A stretch of 64,000 nt of DNA from Cyanophora paradoxa CCMP329 (Eukaryota; Plantae; Glaucophyta): NCBI GenBank assembly GCA_004431415.1, contig QPMI01000017.1, forward strand, positions 744,001 through 808,000. Direction: 5' to 3'. The position numbers and the translations under genes are program-made. The notes under the pieces are model-generated. The model was not told where the DNA came from and ran no database searches. It saw nothing but the letters and a program-made list of their open reading frames with translations. Shown in pieces: positions 30,426-43,948 of this stretch. The first letter of the stretch is position 1. The number at the start of each line of letters is the position of its first letter.

Positions 30426-32249
30426 CCTAAGCAAGAGGTTTGGATGAATGGAGTAGCCAGCTCTAGATACTTCTGCGCCCTTCGACTCTCTTTTCAGGGG
30501 GGCGCGGGGGGTACCTGCTCGTTGCCGTCGAGGATCTCCGGGCGGGCGGCGAGGCGAAGGAGGGCAGCGGCCGCGTGCGGGCAGAGCCCGAGCGACCCCC
30601 GACACGCATCCACCGTGCAAGCGATGGCTGAGCAAACGAAGCCGCCGGCTGCGCCTGCTTCGCCGTCGACGTCCCGCCGCTGTAGGCAACAACCCGATCA
30701 CGGAAGCGCGCGGCGCGGTCGCAGGCAAGACCTGCGCGCACGTGCAATGAAGCAATGGCGAGCGGTCCGTCTGGGAAGCGGCTGGATAGCCGAAGCGAAC
30801 GCGCGTCCTCGTCGTGCTCGATCACAAGCTGCGGGCCGTCCGCGGCGCCGCCGGCCTCGGCTGACTCTGCCGATTCGAGCAGCTTCTCCGCACGACTGAG
30901 CGCCGATGGTTCCGTGAACGCCCGCACGCCTTCTGGGCTGATCGGCACAAACGCCCACGATTGCCAATCTACGGGCAGCGAGGGAGGGCGTCAGAGCATG
31001 CAATCGACGGGGCCACATGGTTCTAGATCGGTGTAGTCCGGCGCTCGCACCGTGCGGTGGCCGCGGAGCGCTCGCAGACAGCGACCGCAGCTCGGCCTCG
31101 AGCGCTGGCTCGGACCGCGGGCGCTTCGCTGTCCGCTCGTCCAAGAGCTCCGCGCGAGCCTCCTCGCTCGGCTCCTCCATCCTGGCGCCTGGATCTGGCC
31201 GCTCCCGCCCGATCGCTGCTGTACCCGGTCGGAGGCAGCTGCAGCGACCCCAGCGTCCTGCCCCTTGCGGCAGGGAGCAGCCGTAGTGTACGGAGGCGCA
31301 AGATGAGCAGCCCTCGCGCTCGGCAGCGACGCCGCTTCCGTAAGGACGAGCTGGGACTAGTCCATTTTGGGTGCGCTCCTCCGTTCAGCCGCCGCGTGGC
31401 TGCCGCTCAACGCGCGTCGAGCGCAGACCGCTGATCGTCGGTGCGATCGAACTAACGCTTACAGAGCGCAGCCCGCTGCTTGTCGCTTCTTTCGCTTCTT
31501 CGGCGCCCGCTTCCGCGAGGACGAGCTCAAGCACGTCCCGCGTCTTAAGCTTGGCCATGGTCTGGACTCTGGAGCGCCGGCACGCTCCGCCATGGCCGGC
31601 GCACGCGCAGCCGCGAACGGGGCGACGGGCGGCGGCGGCGGCGGCTCTCCGCTTGCCGCCGGAAGCTCCTGCGGCGCGCGGCCTTCCTCGCCTTTCTCTT
31701 CGAAATGTCGAGGTGCGTCCGCCCGGACCGGCCGGCACCCCGGCCGCCGTCCGCGACGCCCAGGATCTAAGTGTGGCGCGCGTAGGATGGCGCGGGGAAC
31801 GCCGTGCTCGACAAACAAGCGCGGCGCGCCGCCCGCCGGCCACGCCCCCGCGCCCCGCGAGCTCTTCTGAGGCCGCGCCGGCCGGCGGCAGCTGCGTGCG
31901 CCCCTCCCCCGCGCGGCGCACCTCCGCCTGGCCGCTGACGCCCTGCGTGGCCGGCGCAGGCGCCGAGCCTCGCAGCTGGAGGCGGCGCGCCCCCGCTTCC
32001 TCGCAGGCCCCCCGCCCCTGGCCCGGCGGCCCCGGCCCGCCCCGCCCGCCCGCCTCCCGCGTGGCGGCGCGCAGGAAGAGACGTGGGCAATCGATATATC
32101 GCAGGACTTAAATATACACGCACACATGTCTTCGACGCGCGCGCGCGCTTCCCCGGCCGCGGCCCGCGCGAGAACGCGCACGTGTACGCGTACGATCCTC
32201 GGAGCTCGAGCTTGGCGCAGGTGCGGGCGCCCCCGGCCCGCGGCCGGCC

Positions 32250-32940
32250 GAGCTACTCATACGTGCAGCCGCAGCGCGCGCCCCGGGGCCCGCTAACATC
32301 AACGCGCCGCGGCCGTGGCCCGGCGCAGCCGGCGCCGGCCGCGGGCGCCGCTGCTTCCGCCAGGCGAGCGGAGTGCACCCGCCCCGGCCCGCCCCGGCCC
32401 GCCCGGCCCCGCCACGCCCCGCTCCGCCCCGCCCCGCCCCGCCCCGCCGGCGCCCCGGCCCGCCCGCCCCAGCCCGCCCGGGCCGCCCCGCCCGGCCCCG
32501 CCCGGCCCCGCCCCACCCCAGGCGCCGGTCCGTCCCGCGCGCCCCGTGGCCCCGGCTGGCCGCCCGCCCCGCCCCAGGCTAGGCCCGCCCCGCCCCACCC
32601 CGCGGCCGCCCGCCCCGGGCCCTTGCCCGCCCCGCCGCGGCGCCCCGCCTCGCCGCGCGCGCCCATCCCGCCCCGCCTCGCCGGCGCCCGGCTCGCCCCG
32701 CTCGGCGGCCCGGCCCCGCCGGCCGGGCGTCCTGCCCCAAGCTAGGCCCGCCGCCCGAGTCGCCGCGCGCCCGACCCGCGCACCAGACCCGCGGGACCGG
32801 GCCCCACTCCGCGGCCGCCCGGGCCCCGGGCCCGCCCCATGATGGCCCCCATCTAGGGGCCTATCCGCATAGGGCCCCGGCCCATGGCCCCCTTGGTGGG
32901 CCACTGGGCCCCATGGCCATGATCATGATGGCCCCCATCC
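32250..32940. repeat. Extremely GC-rich low-complexity GCCCC/GGCCC tract
   Basis: Almost only C and G, with repeated gcccc/ggccc and atgatggccccc words. Confidence 0.7.
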
Positions 32941-33418
32941 CGTCTTCATTACTAAAGTTAGGCCCGCCCCGCCCTGCGAGGAGGCAACGAGGCAAATACC
33001 GCGTAGCATTCGGAGGTTGAAATTGTTTTTTTGTGTTTTTCGGATGCTCTCAGCTCGGATATCAGGAGCCCGCGGAGCCCCGGCTAGCTACTACTAGCCT
33101 ACTAGCTACTACGTGTACATGGTTAGCTAGCTACTAGGTGCTACGTGTACATGCATTTTCAGGGCCCTGAGGGGTAATTTCCGAAGCCTCCGATGAGTCC
33201 GATCCGATGAGTTCCGAAGTTCGACCGTGACTTCGACGTCGACCGCGCCGTCCACAATATTAATTGCCTGTGCAAACCGTGAGCGCGCCTCCCTAACGCT
33301 GACGTCGCCTCCGCGCGCGCTGACGCGTACCGTAGTACGCCGACTTGCTTGCGCAGCAGGCTAGCCGTCCAGCAAGACTAGCACTCTTCAACCGCCGCCC
33401 CCCACCAGTACTCGCAAG

Positions 33419-33951
33419 ATGCCGGGCGCTCAGACTGGGAAGTGCTACAGCTCCGACGACTGCACGGGGCAGGTCATCCCCGCCGGCAACCAGAGCGAGG
33501 CCGAGTGCGCCTCCCCCTCCGCCCGCCGCCGCCGCCGCCCGTCCGCGGCCGCGCCCCGAAAGCTCGCGGCTGAGCGGCCTGATGTTCCTCCCGCAGCTGC
33601 TTCGAGCATCCCTCGGGCGGGTCTTACAAGACCAGCGGGAGCAACGGGACCTGCACTGCCGTGCGCCAGATATCGATATTCGTGCCAGGGCGCATGCACA
33701 TGCCCCAGCCCGAGGCCTGACGCGGCGGCGGGCCGGCGGGGGCGCAGAAGCCGGCGGACGCGCAGCTGGACGAGGAGCTGCAGGTGGAGCTGGACCTCGC
33801 CGAGGCCGACGCCGAGCTCTCCGTGCGCCCCGCCGAGCGCGCCGTCCTCCATACGCGTGCCAGCCGCGCCTGCCGCCGGCTCACGCACCGCCGGCCCCCG
33901 CAGATGCTCGACGTGGAGGCGGAGTTCGCCGCCGACCTCGCCGACGCCTGA
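33419..33951 (+). CDS. Small intron-containing host gene, Cys-containing N-half and acidic C-half
   Basis: Exon-like pieces GKCYSSDDCTGQV, CFEHPSGGSYKTSGSNGTCTA, QLDEELQVELDLAEADAEL, MLDVEAEFAADLADA separated by gtgcgc...gcag segments. Confidence 0.35.
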
Positions 33952-34269
33952 GCCCCGCGCCCGAACCCCGGGCCCCCTCGCCGGACCCGAGCTCGGTGAC
34001 TTCGTTGTACTTCGGATGCTATGAGAAATAGTATTGATTGCAACTGCAAGTAACGATCGCGATCTGCGCTCGCCACCCTCCGAATCCGGCCTTGTGCGCA
34101 TGCCCGCAGCCTCCATGGTCAGCGCCAGGCTCGAGCTTGAGCCGCGGCTTGCATTTGACGCACCCCCCCCCCCCCCCCCCCCCCAACACCACTCCCCCCT
34201 CCCCCTTAAGCCCGAACCGCGCTGAGCGGCTGTTCGATGAGTAATTTAAATCTAGCGTTGTAGCGGATG

Positions 34270-36457
34270 CTAGCCACTGATCCAGTTCATGAGGGATTTG
34301 CGCGGGAGGAACGGCGGGGGATTCGACCGGACCGGCCGCGCCAGCGGGCAGGGCGACGGGCTAGGCGCAGGAGTGGGAGGCGAGAAGGGCGCGGAGGCCA
34401 CGGAGGGCGCGGCGCTCGCCGGCCCGCACGACCATTGCCGCGTGCTCGGGCCGCAGCCGCCCCTCCGGCCCGGGGCCCTCGCCCCGCTCCGCCCCCGCCA
34501 GCCCCGCCTCGTCCTCCCCCTCCTCCCCCGCGTACCTGGAGGTAGGGGGGGGGAGTTCGGAAGGGGTACGCGGAGCCGAGGGGGGTACGGCGCGCACTCG
34601 GCGAGCTGCGCGTCGACGGCCTCGCGGATGACGGCCCGCGCGGCGCCCTCCGCGTCGGGGGGGAACGAGGGCGGCTCCGGACCCCCTTCCTCATCGCTGC
34701 TGCTACCCCCCTCGCCCTCCTCGAAGAGCTTCGTCACCTGCGGGCCCGGGGGCCCGGTCGGCGGGGGGTACGCGCGCCGCCGGGACGGGGAGGGGGGTAC
34801 ACGCACCGCCGGGGCCCTCGCGTCGAACTCGGAGGGGGGTACGCAGAAGAGGGCCACGGCGCAGAGGAGCCGCGCGGGGACCTCCTCCAACCTGCGTGGC
34901 GGGGCGGCCGCGTGAGGAGCTCGGTACCCCCCGGGGGAGGAGAGCTCGCCCGAGGGGTACGGGGAAGTCGTCGTCGAGGAGGGCGCGGGCGGCGCGGCGG
35001 CGGCGGGCGGCGAGGGCGGCCGCCGGGTCGGCCTCCTTCTTCGCCTTCTTCGCCGCCGGCGCGCCCGCCGGGGCCGGCGGGGCCGCCTCCATCAGGCCCC
35101 TCGCCTCCAGCGCCCGCCGCAGCGCCGCCCCCCGCAGCTCCGCGCAGTCGTTCCCGTTCGGCACGTCCACGTAGCCGTACCTGCCGGCCGCCCTCAGCGG
35201 GCGCACGGCTCGGGAGGGCGGGGCGGGGCGGGGCGCGCCTGCGGAGCAGCTCGGCGTTGGGGAGGTCCCCGTACGTGTTGAGGAGCTCCTCCCCCGCCTC
35301 CACTCTGTTCCGGGGCGCGTCGGAGGCGGAGACGGCGTACCCCCCTGGGGGGGGGGGGTCGGCAGGGGCGGGCGCACGGGCGGGTGGTGCGCATGGCGAG
35401 GGCCCCGCCCTCCTCGTGGAAGAGCCGCGCGTTGTTGCGGCCCGTCTCCGCGTTCAGAATGTCCGCGATCGGGCACTGCGCGCGCCCCGGCCGGTCAGGG
35501 GTTCTGCGTCTCGGGCGGGGGGCGGGGCGGGGCGGGGTACGCGCGCCATGGCGACCTCGCCGGAGTCCTCGAGGACGAAGCTGTAGGCCCCCACGATGGA
35601 CCCGAAGCGGAGGTACAGCCGCCAGAGCGCCTCCTCCGCCGCCGCGTCCTCCCCCAGCAGCCGCTCCACGGCCCCGGCCCCCGCGCAGGCCGCCAGGTGC
35701 TCCCGGCTCGCCCGCAGCAGCGGGAGAACGTTCGCCCGGAAGTCCCCCCGGATCTCCTCCAGGCCGACGCGGGCCTCGACGGCCGTGCCCCGCAGGCCCC
35801 GCCGCTCTTCCTCGGCCCAGAAGACCGGCGTCGTGAGCTCCTCCGGCAGGACGTCGATGTACGGGAACCACTCGCTCGCCGCCCTGCCGCGCCGCCGAGG
35901 AGCTGAGACGCGGCTGTAGCCCCCGGAGGCGGGCCGCACCCGGCGGCGTGCTCGACGATGAGGGCCACGATGACGGGGTTCCACGAGTTGCCCTTCAGCT
36001 TCTTCCAGGGGAACGACTTCTTGGCGCGGCACGTCCTCCCCAGGAGCAGCGACCCCCGCGGCACCACTGTGGCCGCGTCATGATCAGCCGCGCGCGGGCC
36101 GCGCCGCGCTGCTAGGGGCGCGGCGCCGCACCGAAGAGCTGAGCGTCGGCGGGGAGATCGCCCGTCGCGACCACCGCCTGCGCGGCGCGGGGATGAGCTG
36201 TTGCGCGCCCGCATACGTGCGCGCGCTCGCGATCCCGGCTAGTCGATCGCCGCGCGGCGGACCGCGGCGGACGCGCAGGACAATGCGAGGCGAACGGCGT
36301 ATGCGAGGCGCACCCGGCCGCGGCCCGGGATGCGCTTGATCGTCACCGCGTCGTGCAGCTGGAAGCCCTTCTCCCGCATCCACGCGAGGAGCGCCGTTGT
36401 CTTACGGTCCTGCGCCTCGTCGGCCGCGCTGGCGTCGGTCGAACTCGGCTCTGCCAT
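34270..36457 (-). CDS. SETD6/Rkm-like SET-domain protein lysine methyltransferase (multi-exon; 3' end approximate)
   Basis: LLAWMREKG, SEWFPYIDVLP..LTTPVFW, AYSF, CPIADILNA, GEELLNTYGDLPNAELLRRYGYV across short introns. Confidence 0.88.
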
Positions 36458-36600
36458 CTCAGAGAAAGGAGCACTGGCCGAGAAGAGAACGGGATAGGTG
36501 CAGCTAGAGGAAGAAGAGCACAAGGGGAGGAGGGTACAGCTCGGGCCGGGGTACGCGCTATTAGGGTCCTTCGTTCGTAGCTTCAGCGGCTCCTGGGAAG

Positions 36601-37862
36601 ATGGCGCGCAAGCTGGGGCTTCTTATCCGGGAGACGGGACAGGCGCTCGACCGCCTGGGCATGCGGATCATGGGCGACTATGGCTTCCGCGAGAACCGTG
36701 CGCCCTCTCATCTCCGTTTATCCTGCATAGTACGCTAGATGTCATCTGCCCCGTTCTCGGCGGAGCCGGTCCACGCGGCCCGCCGCGTCGCTCCAGCAAC
36801 CATCCGCCGGGCCGCGCGAAGCCGCCATGGCCTGCGAGCATAGCGGCAGTCTTCTGTGAATCTCGCTCCCTGCCCGCGCCGACCCACGGGCATCGGGCGG
36901 CCGCGGGGCCGAACTGCGCTCACGCTATGTCGCGCAGTGTCTCGGCACCGTGTCCTCATGAACATCTACGACAAGAAGCCGTCTGTGGCGGATGGCACTT
37001 TCATCGCCCCTAGCGCGTCGGTCATTGGCGACGTGAAGATCGGCCCCAAGTCGTCGATCTGGTATGGCTCGGTTGTCCGCGGTGCGCCCTTCCTTGCAGC
37101 TTTCTTCGGCTGGATCGGCATGCCTGTGCTGACTGCGCCCCATCGCTAGGCGATGTGAACTACGTGACCATCGGCGAGGAGACAAACGTGCAGGACCGCT
37201 GCGTGATCCACGTTGCTAAGATCGCCGGCAACAACCCCACCAAGATCGGCAACAAGGTTACCATTGGTGAGGCCTTCGCTCATTGGGACGCGGCGTGCGA
37301 GTTGCCGACGCTCCCCGCTCGTCAGGCCACGGCGCCGTCATCCACGCCTGCACCATCGAGGACGAGGTCATCATCGGCATGGGCGCGACCGTCCTGGACG
37401 GCGCCGTCGTCCAGAAGCACGCCATCGTCGCCGCGGGCGCCGTCGTGCCCCCCGGGAAGACTGTCCCGTCGGGCGAGGTCCGGCTCCGCCTGCCTGCGCC
37501 GCCGTGCGAGCCGCGCCGACAGGACCGCGCCGGCAGCTGTGGGCCGGCAACCCGGCGAAGTTCCTGCGGACAGTGACGGACGCCGAGAAGGCGTTCTTCA
37601 CGAAGAGCGCGACTGAGTACACGAAGCTGGCGGAAGACCACGCCGACGAGTGGAAGAAGACCCACGAGCAGCTCGAGGAGGAGAAGGCTGCCCGGAAAGA
37701 CGCCCGTGCGCACGCTTCCGCCCCGCTCTTTCTTTTTGCTTCGCCGCTGACCGTGTCGCGGCGCAGGCATTCGGTGCGATTGGAGGCCAGCTGCTCTTGC
37801 GCCCGCGCTGACGCTGACCCTTTCTTCCTTTCTTTCCGCGCAGCGATCCCACCTACGCGTAA
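36601..37862 (+). CDS. Mitochondrial gamma carbonic anhydrase (complex I-associated, gamma-CA1/2/3 type)
   Basis: IRETGQALDRLG, SRHRVLMN, FIAPSASVIGDVKIG, IWYGSVVRGDVN, TNVQD, IHV, GHGAVIHAC (three Zn-binding His), WAGNPAKFLR; GT-AG introns. Confidence 0.95.
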
Positions 37863-38465
37863 TTCTGGCACTAGCTCCCCCCTCCCCGCCTCGCCACCCG
37901 CCCTCTTTGCACGAGGCCCGCCCCTCTCCCGGCGCGGGTTCTCCTGGAGCGCCCCAGCGCCGGCCTCTGCACAGTCATAATTGTTTTTCAACGAAAACAC
38001 AAGTCATTCGAAACTCCACATTGGACCGATTCAGCCAAGATTCGCACTGCGGGCAGAGGCTTCGACTTCGATTCGCACTCGAGATCTGATCGTGAGCTAG
38101 AGACGAAGCCGCAGTGCCGCAGTGCCGCAGTGCTTGCTGTATACGTAGTACGTACATAGCGATCAGATCATCGGATTACCGTGGCCCAGTGACCCGGCCG
38201 TGGCCGGGCCGGCGCCTCAAAACACCGTTGATGTTAAAACGTTTGCATACGGGGACGCCCGTGCATGGTGCTTCAACGGCCAATCTCGAAGTTCAATCTC
38301 GGGTTGCATTAATTTGCAATCTGCGATTGCGAGCGGACAAAAGGAAACACTGCGACATCCTGCCACTATACCCTAAGCTGCGGCACCGACAGCGAAATGT
38401 CAAGAGACCTAGCGTCGACTTTTATACAGAACTATGAACGCGTCACGAAAATCCAAGCGCTGAGC

Positions 38466-41400
38466 CTAGGATCGATATAAACAGAGCATAAACAGAGCAA
38501 ATATATTACTCTTCGGGTAACGAGAGGGCAGCCTGGTGTTGCGGTGCAAGCACCCCGCAGGCTGCGCGGCACGGGAGGCGGGCGGGCGGCGCCGGGTCAC
38601 GGCCGCCCGAGGTTGGCGGCCGAGGAGGATGCCGTGGCCGAGAGCTGCGCCCAGTCCTGCGGGGCCCGCCGCGCCGCGTCGGAGGGCCGGCGCGGGGCGG
38701 GGCGCGGGGCGAGGGGAGGGCGCACGAAGGAGGGCCAAGAGGACGGGCCCGTCGCGATCTCCGGCAGGGAGAGGCGCCGCTGCATCGGGTACTGCGGCAC
38801 CCGCCCGTTCGGCCCGCAGCGAGGGCGCCCCCGGGGGGTACACACCTCGGGGACCATGTCGGTGGCGCCGCGGTCGCTGCTGTACCCGTCCCCCGCGGAG
38901 GGGTCGCCGAAGCTGGAGTCGATGCCGTCGTCCCAGCGGAAGAAGGAGTCGTCCACAGGCGGGGGCGGGGGCGCCGCCGGCTCCGGGGCGAGGAAGAGGG
39001 GCAGCGCCGGCTGCCGCCCCGGGGCCACGGGGCTTGAGGGGAAGGCCGGCGGCGCCGTCGGGAGGTCCGCGTCGGCATCCGGCTCGGGCTCGGGGTGGGC
39101 CCCCCGGGGCCCCGGCCCCGCGGGGAGGCGCACGAGCTTCATGCGGGCCGTGGCGCCGGCGACCTCCTGGGCGTGCCGCGCGTCCTCCGCCCCGCGAACG
39201 TCGGCGACGCCGGCGCCGCGAAGGCCGAGTGCGCAGCGAACGCCGAGGCCGGTGCCGACGCCGGCGCCGGGGCGGCGTTATAGGGTAGGCCCGGCCGCCG
39301 CGGGCGACCCGGCGGGGAGCGGGGGCCCGGGGCCGGCGCGGGGAGGGCCGGAGGGCGGGGAGGGCGGCGGGGTTGGCGCCGAGGGCGCGCGGGTCTGCTG
39401 TGAGGGCGACGGGCCCGGCGGGAGGAGGCGGGAGAGCGGGGCCGAGTGGGGGCGGGGCGGGGCGGGGCCGGCGGGGCGGCCGGGGGACGAGGGAGAGGAG
39501 GTTGGAGCGGAGGAGGAGGGCGGAGGCCGGGGAGGAGGAGGGCGCGGGGCCCGCCTCGCCGGCCGCCGCGGCGCTCGCCATCTCCACCTCCCCGTCACTC
39601 CGCAGCAGGTCTGCGCGCGCGCGCGAAGCGCCGCCGCGCGTCGGGCCGGGGCGGGCGGGCGGGCGCGCGGGCGCGGCGGGCGGGGCTCGGAGACGGGCGC
39701 GGGGGCGCACCCTCGGACTCCGAGTCGACCTTGACGGTGGTGGCGAGCACGGCGACCGGGGCGCGGCGGGCGCCCCCCGCCGCCCGCCGGCGGTTCCGGG
39801 CGGCCCGGTGCCCGTAGCCCTGCGCCTGCCCCTGCTGCTGTAGCTGCTGCTGCTGCCAGAAGGCGTGCGCGGGGGCCGAGGCCGAGGAGGAGACCGAGGA
39901 GAGGGACGAGCGCTCCGCCTCCGACTCGATCTCCTCGTCGCTCCCGCCGCTCGCCCAGCGCGCCCACTTCGCCCGCCGCCGCGTCACCGCCGACCCGTAC
40001 GGCCCGCCGCCGCCGCCGCCGCCGCCGCCGCTGCCGCCTCCGCCGCCCGCCGCGCCGCCAGAGCCGCCTTGGTTGTCCCCGGGGCCGGCCCCGCGGCCGC
40101 GCCGCCCGGTGCGGCCCCGCCGAGGAAGATCGCTTCGTGGGAGCCCGCGGGGTCGCGTCGGGCTGCTCGGGGCCCCCGCGGGGCCGCCCCCTCGCCCGGC
40201 GCTGCCCGCGCGGGGTGCCCAGACGACGCCTCGGCCGCCGACTGCGAGCGGGGCAGCGCCGACGCGGCTCCGCGCGCCGCCGCCGTCGCCGGGTGGCCCT
40301 GGCTGTGCCTCCGCGTGGGGGCTCCGCCGCGTGGCCGTGGCCCCCGCGGCGCGGCCGCCGGCCAGGGCCCCCGAGAGCGCGGCGAAGCCAGAGATCGAGT
40401 GATGCCGGCCGCCCCGCCCCGCCGGCCGCGCCGCCGCTGCCGACGAGGCCGCCGCCTCCTCGTCGGGCGCGCCGGCGGGCCCCGCGCGGCCCTCGGGCCG
40501 GCCTCGCCCGCCGCCGCCGCCGCCGCGGCTGCCGCGGCGGCGGACGCCTCCTCGGGCTGCTCCTCGCGCTGGTGGGCGTAGAGGGCGCCGAGGGCGCCCT
40601 CCTCCTCCTCGACGCGGCGCACGAAGCTCACGACGTGCTTGACGTGCTCCCGCAGCTGCTCGGCGTCCAGGTCGCCCCCCGCCGCGCTCGCGTTCAGCGC
40701 CGTGTTCCGGAAGCCCAGCAGCGCGTTCTCCTCCGTCTGCATCTCCGCGTAGAAGCGCTCCTTGCGGTAGCCGTCCGCCGGGAAGTTCGTGCGCGCCTCC
40801 GGCCCGTACAGCGCCACCATTACGCGGTCTGCGGGCACCCTGTCACCCCGCGCGGCCCCCGAGAGCGGCGCCCCGCCTACCGTGGGCCCGGGCCGCGTCA
40901 ACGGCCGTCTTGTAGTTGCCGACCTGCCGAGGCGGGCGATCAGGTCGGCGGGCCCTGCGCGCGCCGGCGCGACGCGAATTCCGAGCTCACATGGAAGTTC
41001 ACGCCGCGGAACGTGATCATCGATCGCCTGCGCAGCCGGAGCGGGGGGCGGCGCTTAGTGCTCGAAGCGGCCACACGGAGGTCGGCGGAGGCGGTGTCAC
41101 CACTTCCAGCCGTCGCGAACGTAGACGCCCTTGAAGGGTCGTGGCCTGGCTGCACCTTCGCCGAGGGGTCCCTCTCCTTGGGGCCGCCGTGTGCTTGTTC
41201 GACCCCGGCCTCGGCTCGCTGTGCGATTGCCGCCCGCCGCCTGGCTGTCCGAGGCGCTCTCGGCAGTTGCGTGCTTCCGGATCGCGCTCCTCTTTCGTTT
41301 CTTGCGATCGGGCGCCCGGATCTTCCTCCCCGCCGCCTTGTTCGGGGCTGTCGCGCCGTCCGACACCCAGCCGCTCGCTCGCCCTCCTGCGGGCTCCTCC

Positions 41401-41555
41401 ACGAGTGCCTGCCTCAAGCTTTGGACTTCCACATCGCTTTCGGTGTCGCTTGGAAGGTTGCTCGGTCCGGCTGCCCAGCGCGAGAGCAACTCCGCCCTCG
41501 AAGGCGGGGCCGAGCCCGCGCTTTCGGTCTGCTCGAAGGTTGGCAAGAAGCTCAT
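38466..41555 (-). CDS. Unidentified multi-exon host gene(s); boundaries approximate
   Basis: Coding-like segments (RVMVALYGPEARTNFPADGYRKERFYAEMQ, VDDSFFRWDDGIDS) between GC-rich intron-like tracts. Confidence 0.4.
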
Positions 41556-41851
41556 TTAGCGGCGAAAAACAGCGAACCTGCATCGGGGCGCAGCGCCACA
41601 CGAAACACCCTCTGCAATAGGGGGGTACGTCTGCAAAGCGCCTCCTTGTCGCGCGACAGCGCCAGCGCCCTCGGGCCGGAACTTGGCGTACCTTGCAACT
41701 TGGAGAAGCCGGTGCGTGGGGTCGGCGATGCGCTCGGCCTTTCTTGCCGCCGAAGCTCCCCACAGGCGCATCCATGATCCGGCTCGCGTACGCGCGCGAC
41801 GAGCCCGATTCGCCGCTTAGATGGAGCAAGGAGCGCTCGACGTGGCGCTCG

Positions 41852-43924
41852 ATGGCACCAGCGGCGCTAGCATGCGCGTTCTTGTGCTTCGCGTACGCAG
41901 GGCTGTCGCGATGGCCTGTGGTCCCGGAAGCCGGAGACGTCGTGCAGGCGGTCGAAGCCGTGCTGGAGTCGCCTCAGGCGCTCTGGACGGCTAACGCGCT
42001 CCGCGCTCAGAAGCGCCTCGCCTCCCAGATCCCGCTTGACAGGCCCGCCACAACTGATCCCGCCGCGAGCACTTCTCGATCTCGATCTCGCTGAAGCGCA
42101 GCGCAGCCCAGGGCATCTCTTCTTTGGGGCCCACAACAGCATCTCGAGCCCGTCCTACGGCCCTTTGCCCCCAGGTTCGCCCCCCGAGCTGCCTGCAGCT
42201 CTCGCGTTCGCCTGTTTGGACGAGGCCCTTCCTTGCCGCAGGAAACAACCAAGTGCACAACATAACGAACCTGCTGCGCATCGGCGTCCGCTTTGTGAGC
42301 CGCACGCCGAAGCCGGCTCGCGCCCGGTTACGGGCTGATTATGATCGCCCCCCAGCTGGAGATCGATGTGCACGTGAACCCGCAGCTGGACTCAGAGGCG
42401 GCGCGCGTGTGCCACGGGAGCAAGGGGTTCGAGTTCCTGTGCCGCGCGCTGCCGCTCTACTGCCGCTCCCTCGGCTTCGAGGGCTCCCTCGGCCACTCCA
42501 GCGGCTGCTCCCGCGCCTCCTCCCCGCGCCTCAAGGACGTCCTTCTCGAGGTGTGCAACCCCATCGTCGCCCCGGTGAATCCGCGCGTCGCGACGCGGCG
42601 CTCAGCCGCGGGCGCGCGCAGGTGGCGGGGTTCGTCGCGACGCTCCAGCCCGGGAGCGGCGACCTCGTGGTCCTGAGGCGGGCCGCCCCCTCGCCGCGCC
42701 CCCCGCCGCGGCGCAGCGGACGCCCCGCGCGCAGCGTGGACGACTGCGTGTGCCACGGGCCCGGCGAGCCGCCGGGCCTCGAGCGGCTCGTCAACGGCCC
42801 CTTCGAGGCCGTCCTCGCAGGCGCCCCCGCCCCGCCCGCCCGCCCGCCCGCCCGCCCTGCGAACGGGCGGGTGGGGGCAGGCCTGGTGTACACCCCGGGG
42901 GACCTGGCGGCGGACGGCGGCCGCTGGCCCTCCCCCGCCCAGCTCGAGGCCCGCGGCAAGCGGTGCGGGCCCCGCCTCTGGGGCGCCTCCGCCCCCGCCC
43001 GCAAGGCGACCCTTCTCCTCACAGCGTCGTCGCCTTCTCGAACGACGGGGCCTACGGAGGAGCGTTCCTCCACGGCTTCCTCCCCCGCTTCCGGTACCCC
43101 GAGAACAAGGTCAAGCTCTTCCGCCCGTGGCCCCTCTGCCGGTGCCCGCCCCCCGCCCCCGTTTCCCGTCCGCCTCGCTCCTCACCGCCCCCGCGCGCGC
43201 CCAGGCCCGGCATCGCGGGGCGCGAGTACCCGCCCCCGGAAGGCCGCCCCTTCTCGATCGTCCAGGCCCGCTCTCGATCGGTCGCAGCGCGGCGCCGGCC
43301 CGGCGTCTCGTTCTCACCCGCCCGCCCCCCGCGGACGCAGGGCGGGGCGCAGCGCCTCTCGCTCTTCTGGGGCGCCCTCACGCTCTACTCGGGAGAGGCC
43401 GACTCGTGCGCCCTCGCCTTTGGTCCCCTTCGGGCGCAGCTCTCTGAGGGCGCCCCGCAGGGGCGCCCTGACGGCGGAGCGCTGCCGGGCGGTGGTGGAG
43501 TGCGGGCTGAGCCCCGCGGGGGACTTCGTCGCGCCGGCCCTCCTCGCCCGCTGCGCCGTCTGGTCCTTCGCAGAGGGCGAGGCGCCCCGCCGCCCGGCCC
43601 CCGGCGCCGCCCTCGCCATCCGCGCCTCCGACGGCCGGCGCGCCCCGCCCCGGCCTGCCCCTCCATTCAAGCTCGGCCCCTCACGGATTCGAGCCCGCCA
43701 GGTGGCGGCACGTCTCCGCAGAGGAGGCGCCGGGGCTGCCCCTCGCCTGCCGCGCGGCCGGCGCCGGCGATGGCGGCTGGGCCCTCGCGCCCCGGGCCGC
43801 CGGCTGCCCCGAGGGCCACGGGCCGGGCGCGCCCCGCACGGGCCTCGAGAACCGGGGCCTGCGCGCCGCCCTCGCCGCCGCTGGCCTCCCCCTCGCCGCC
43901 CTCGGGCCCCTTGACCTCCCCTGA
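41852..43924 (+). CDS. PI-PLC X-domain-like phosphodiesterase, probably secreted (multi-exon)
   Basis: Hydrophobic N-terminus; FFGAHNS, NQVHNITNLLRIGVR, LEIDVH, VCHG; C-terminal WSFAEGE...DGRW...LACR. Confidence 0.8.
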
Positions 43925-43948
43925 GGCCCTCTGTCCAGCCCGAATTTA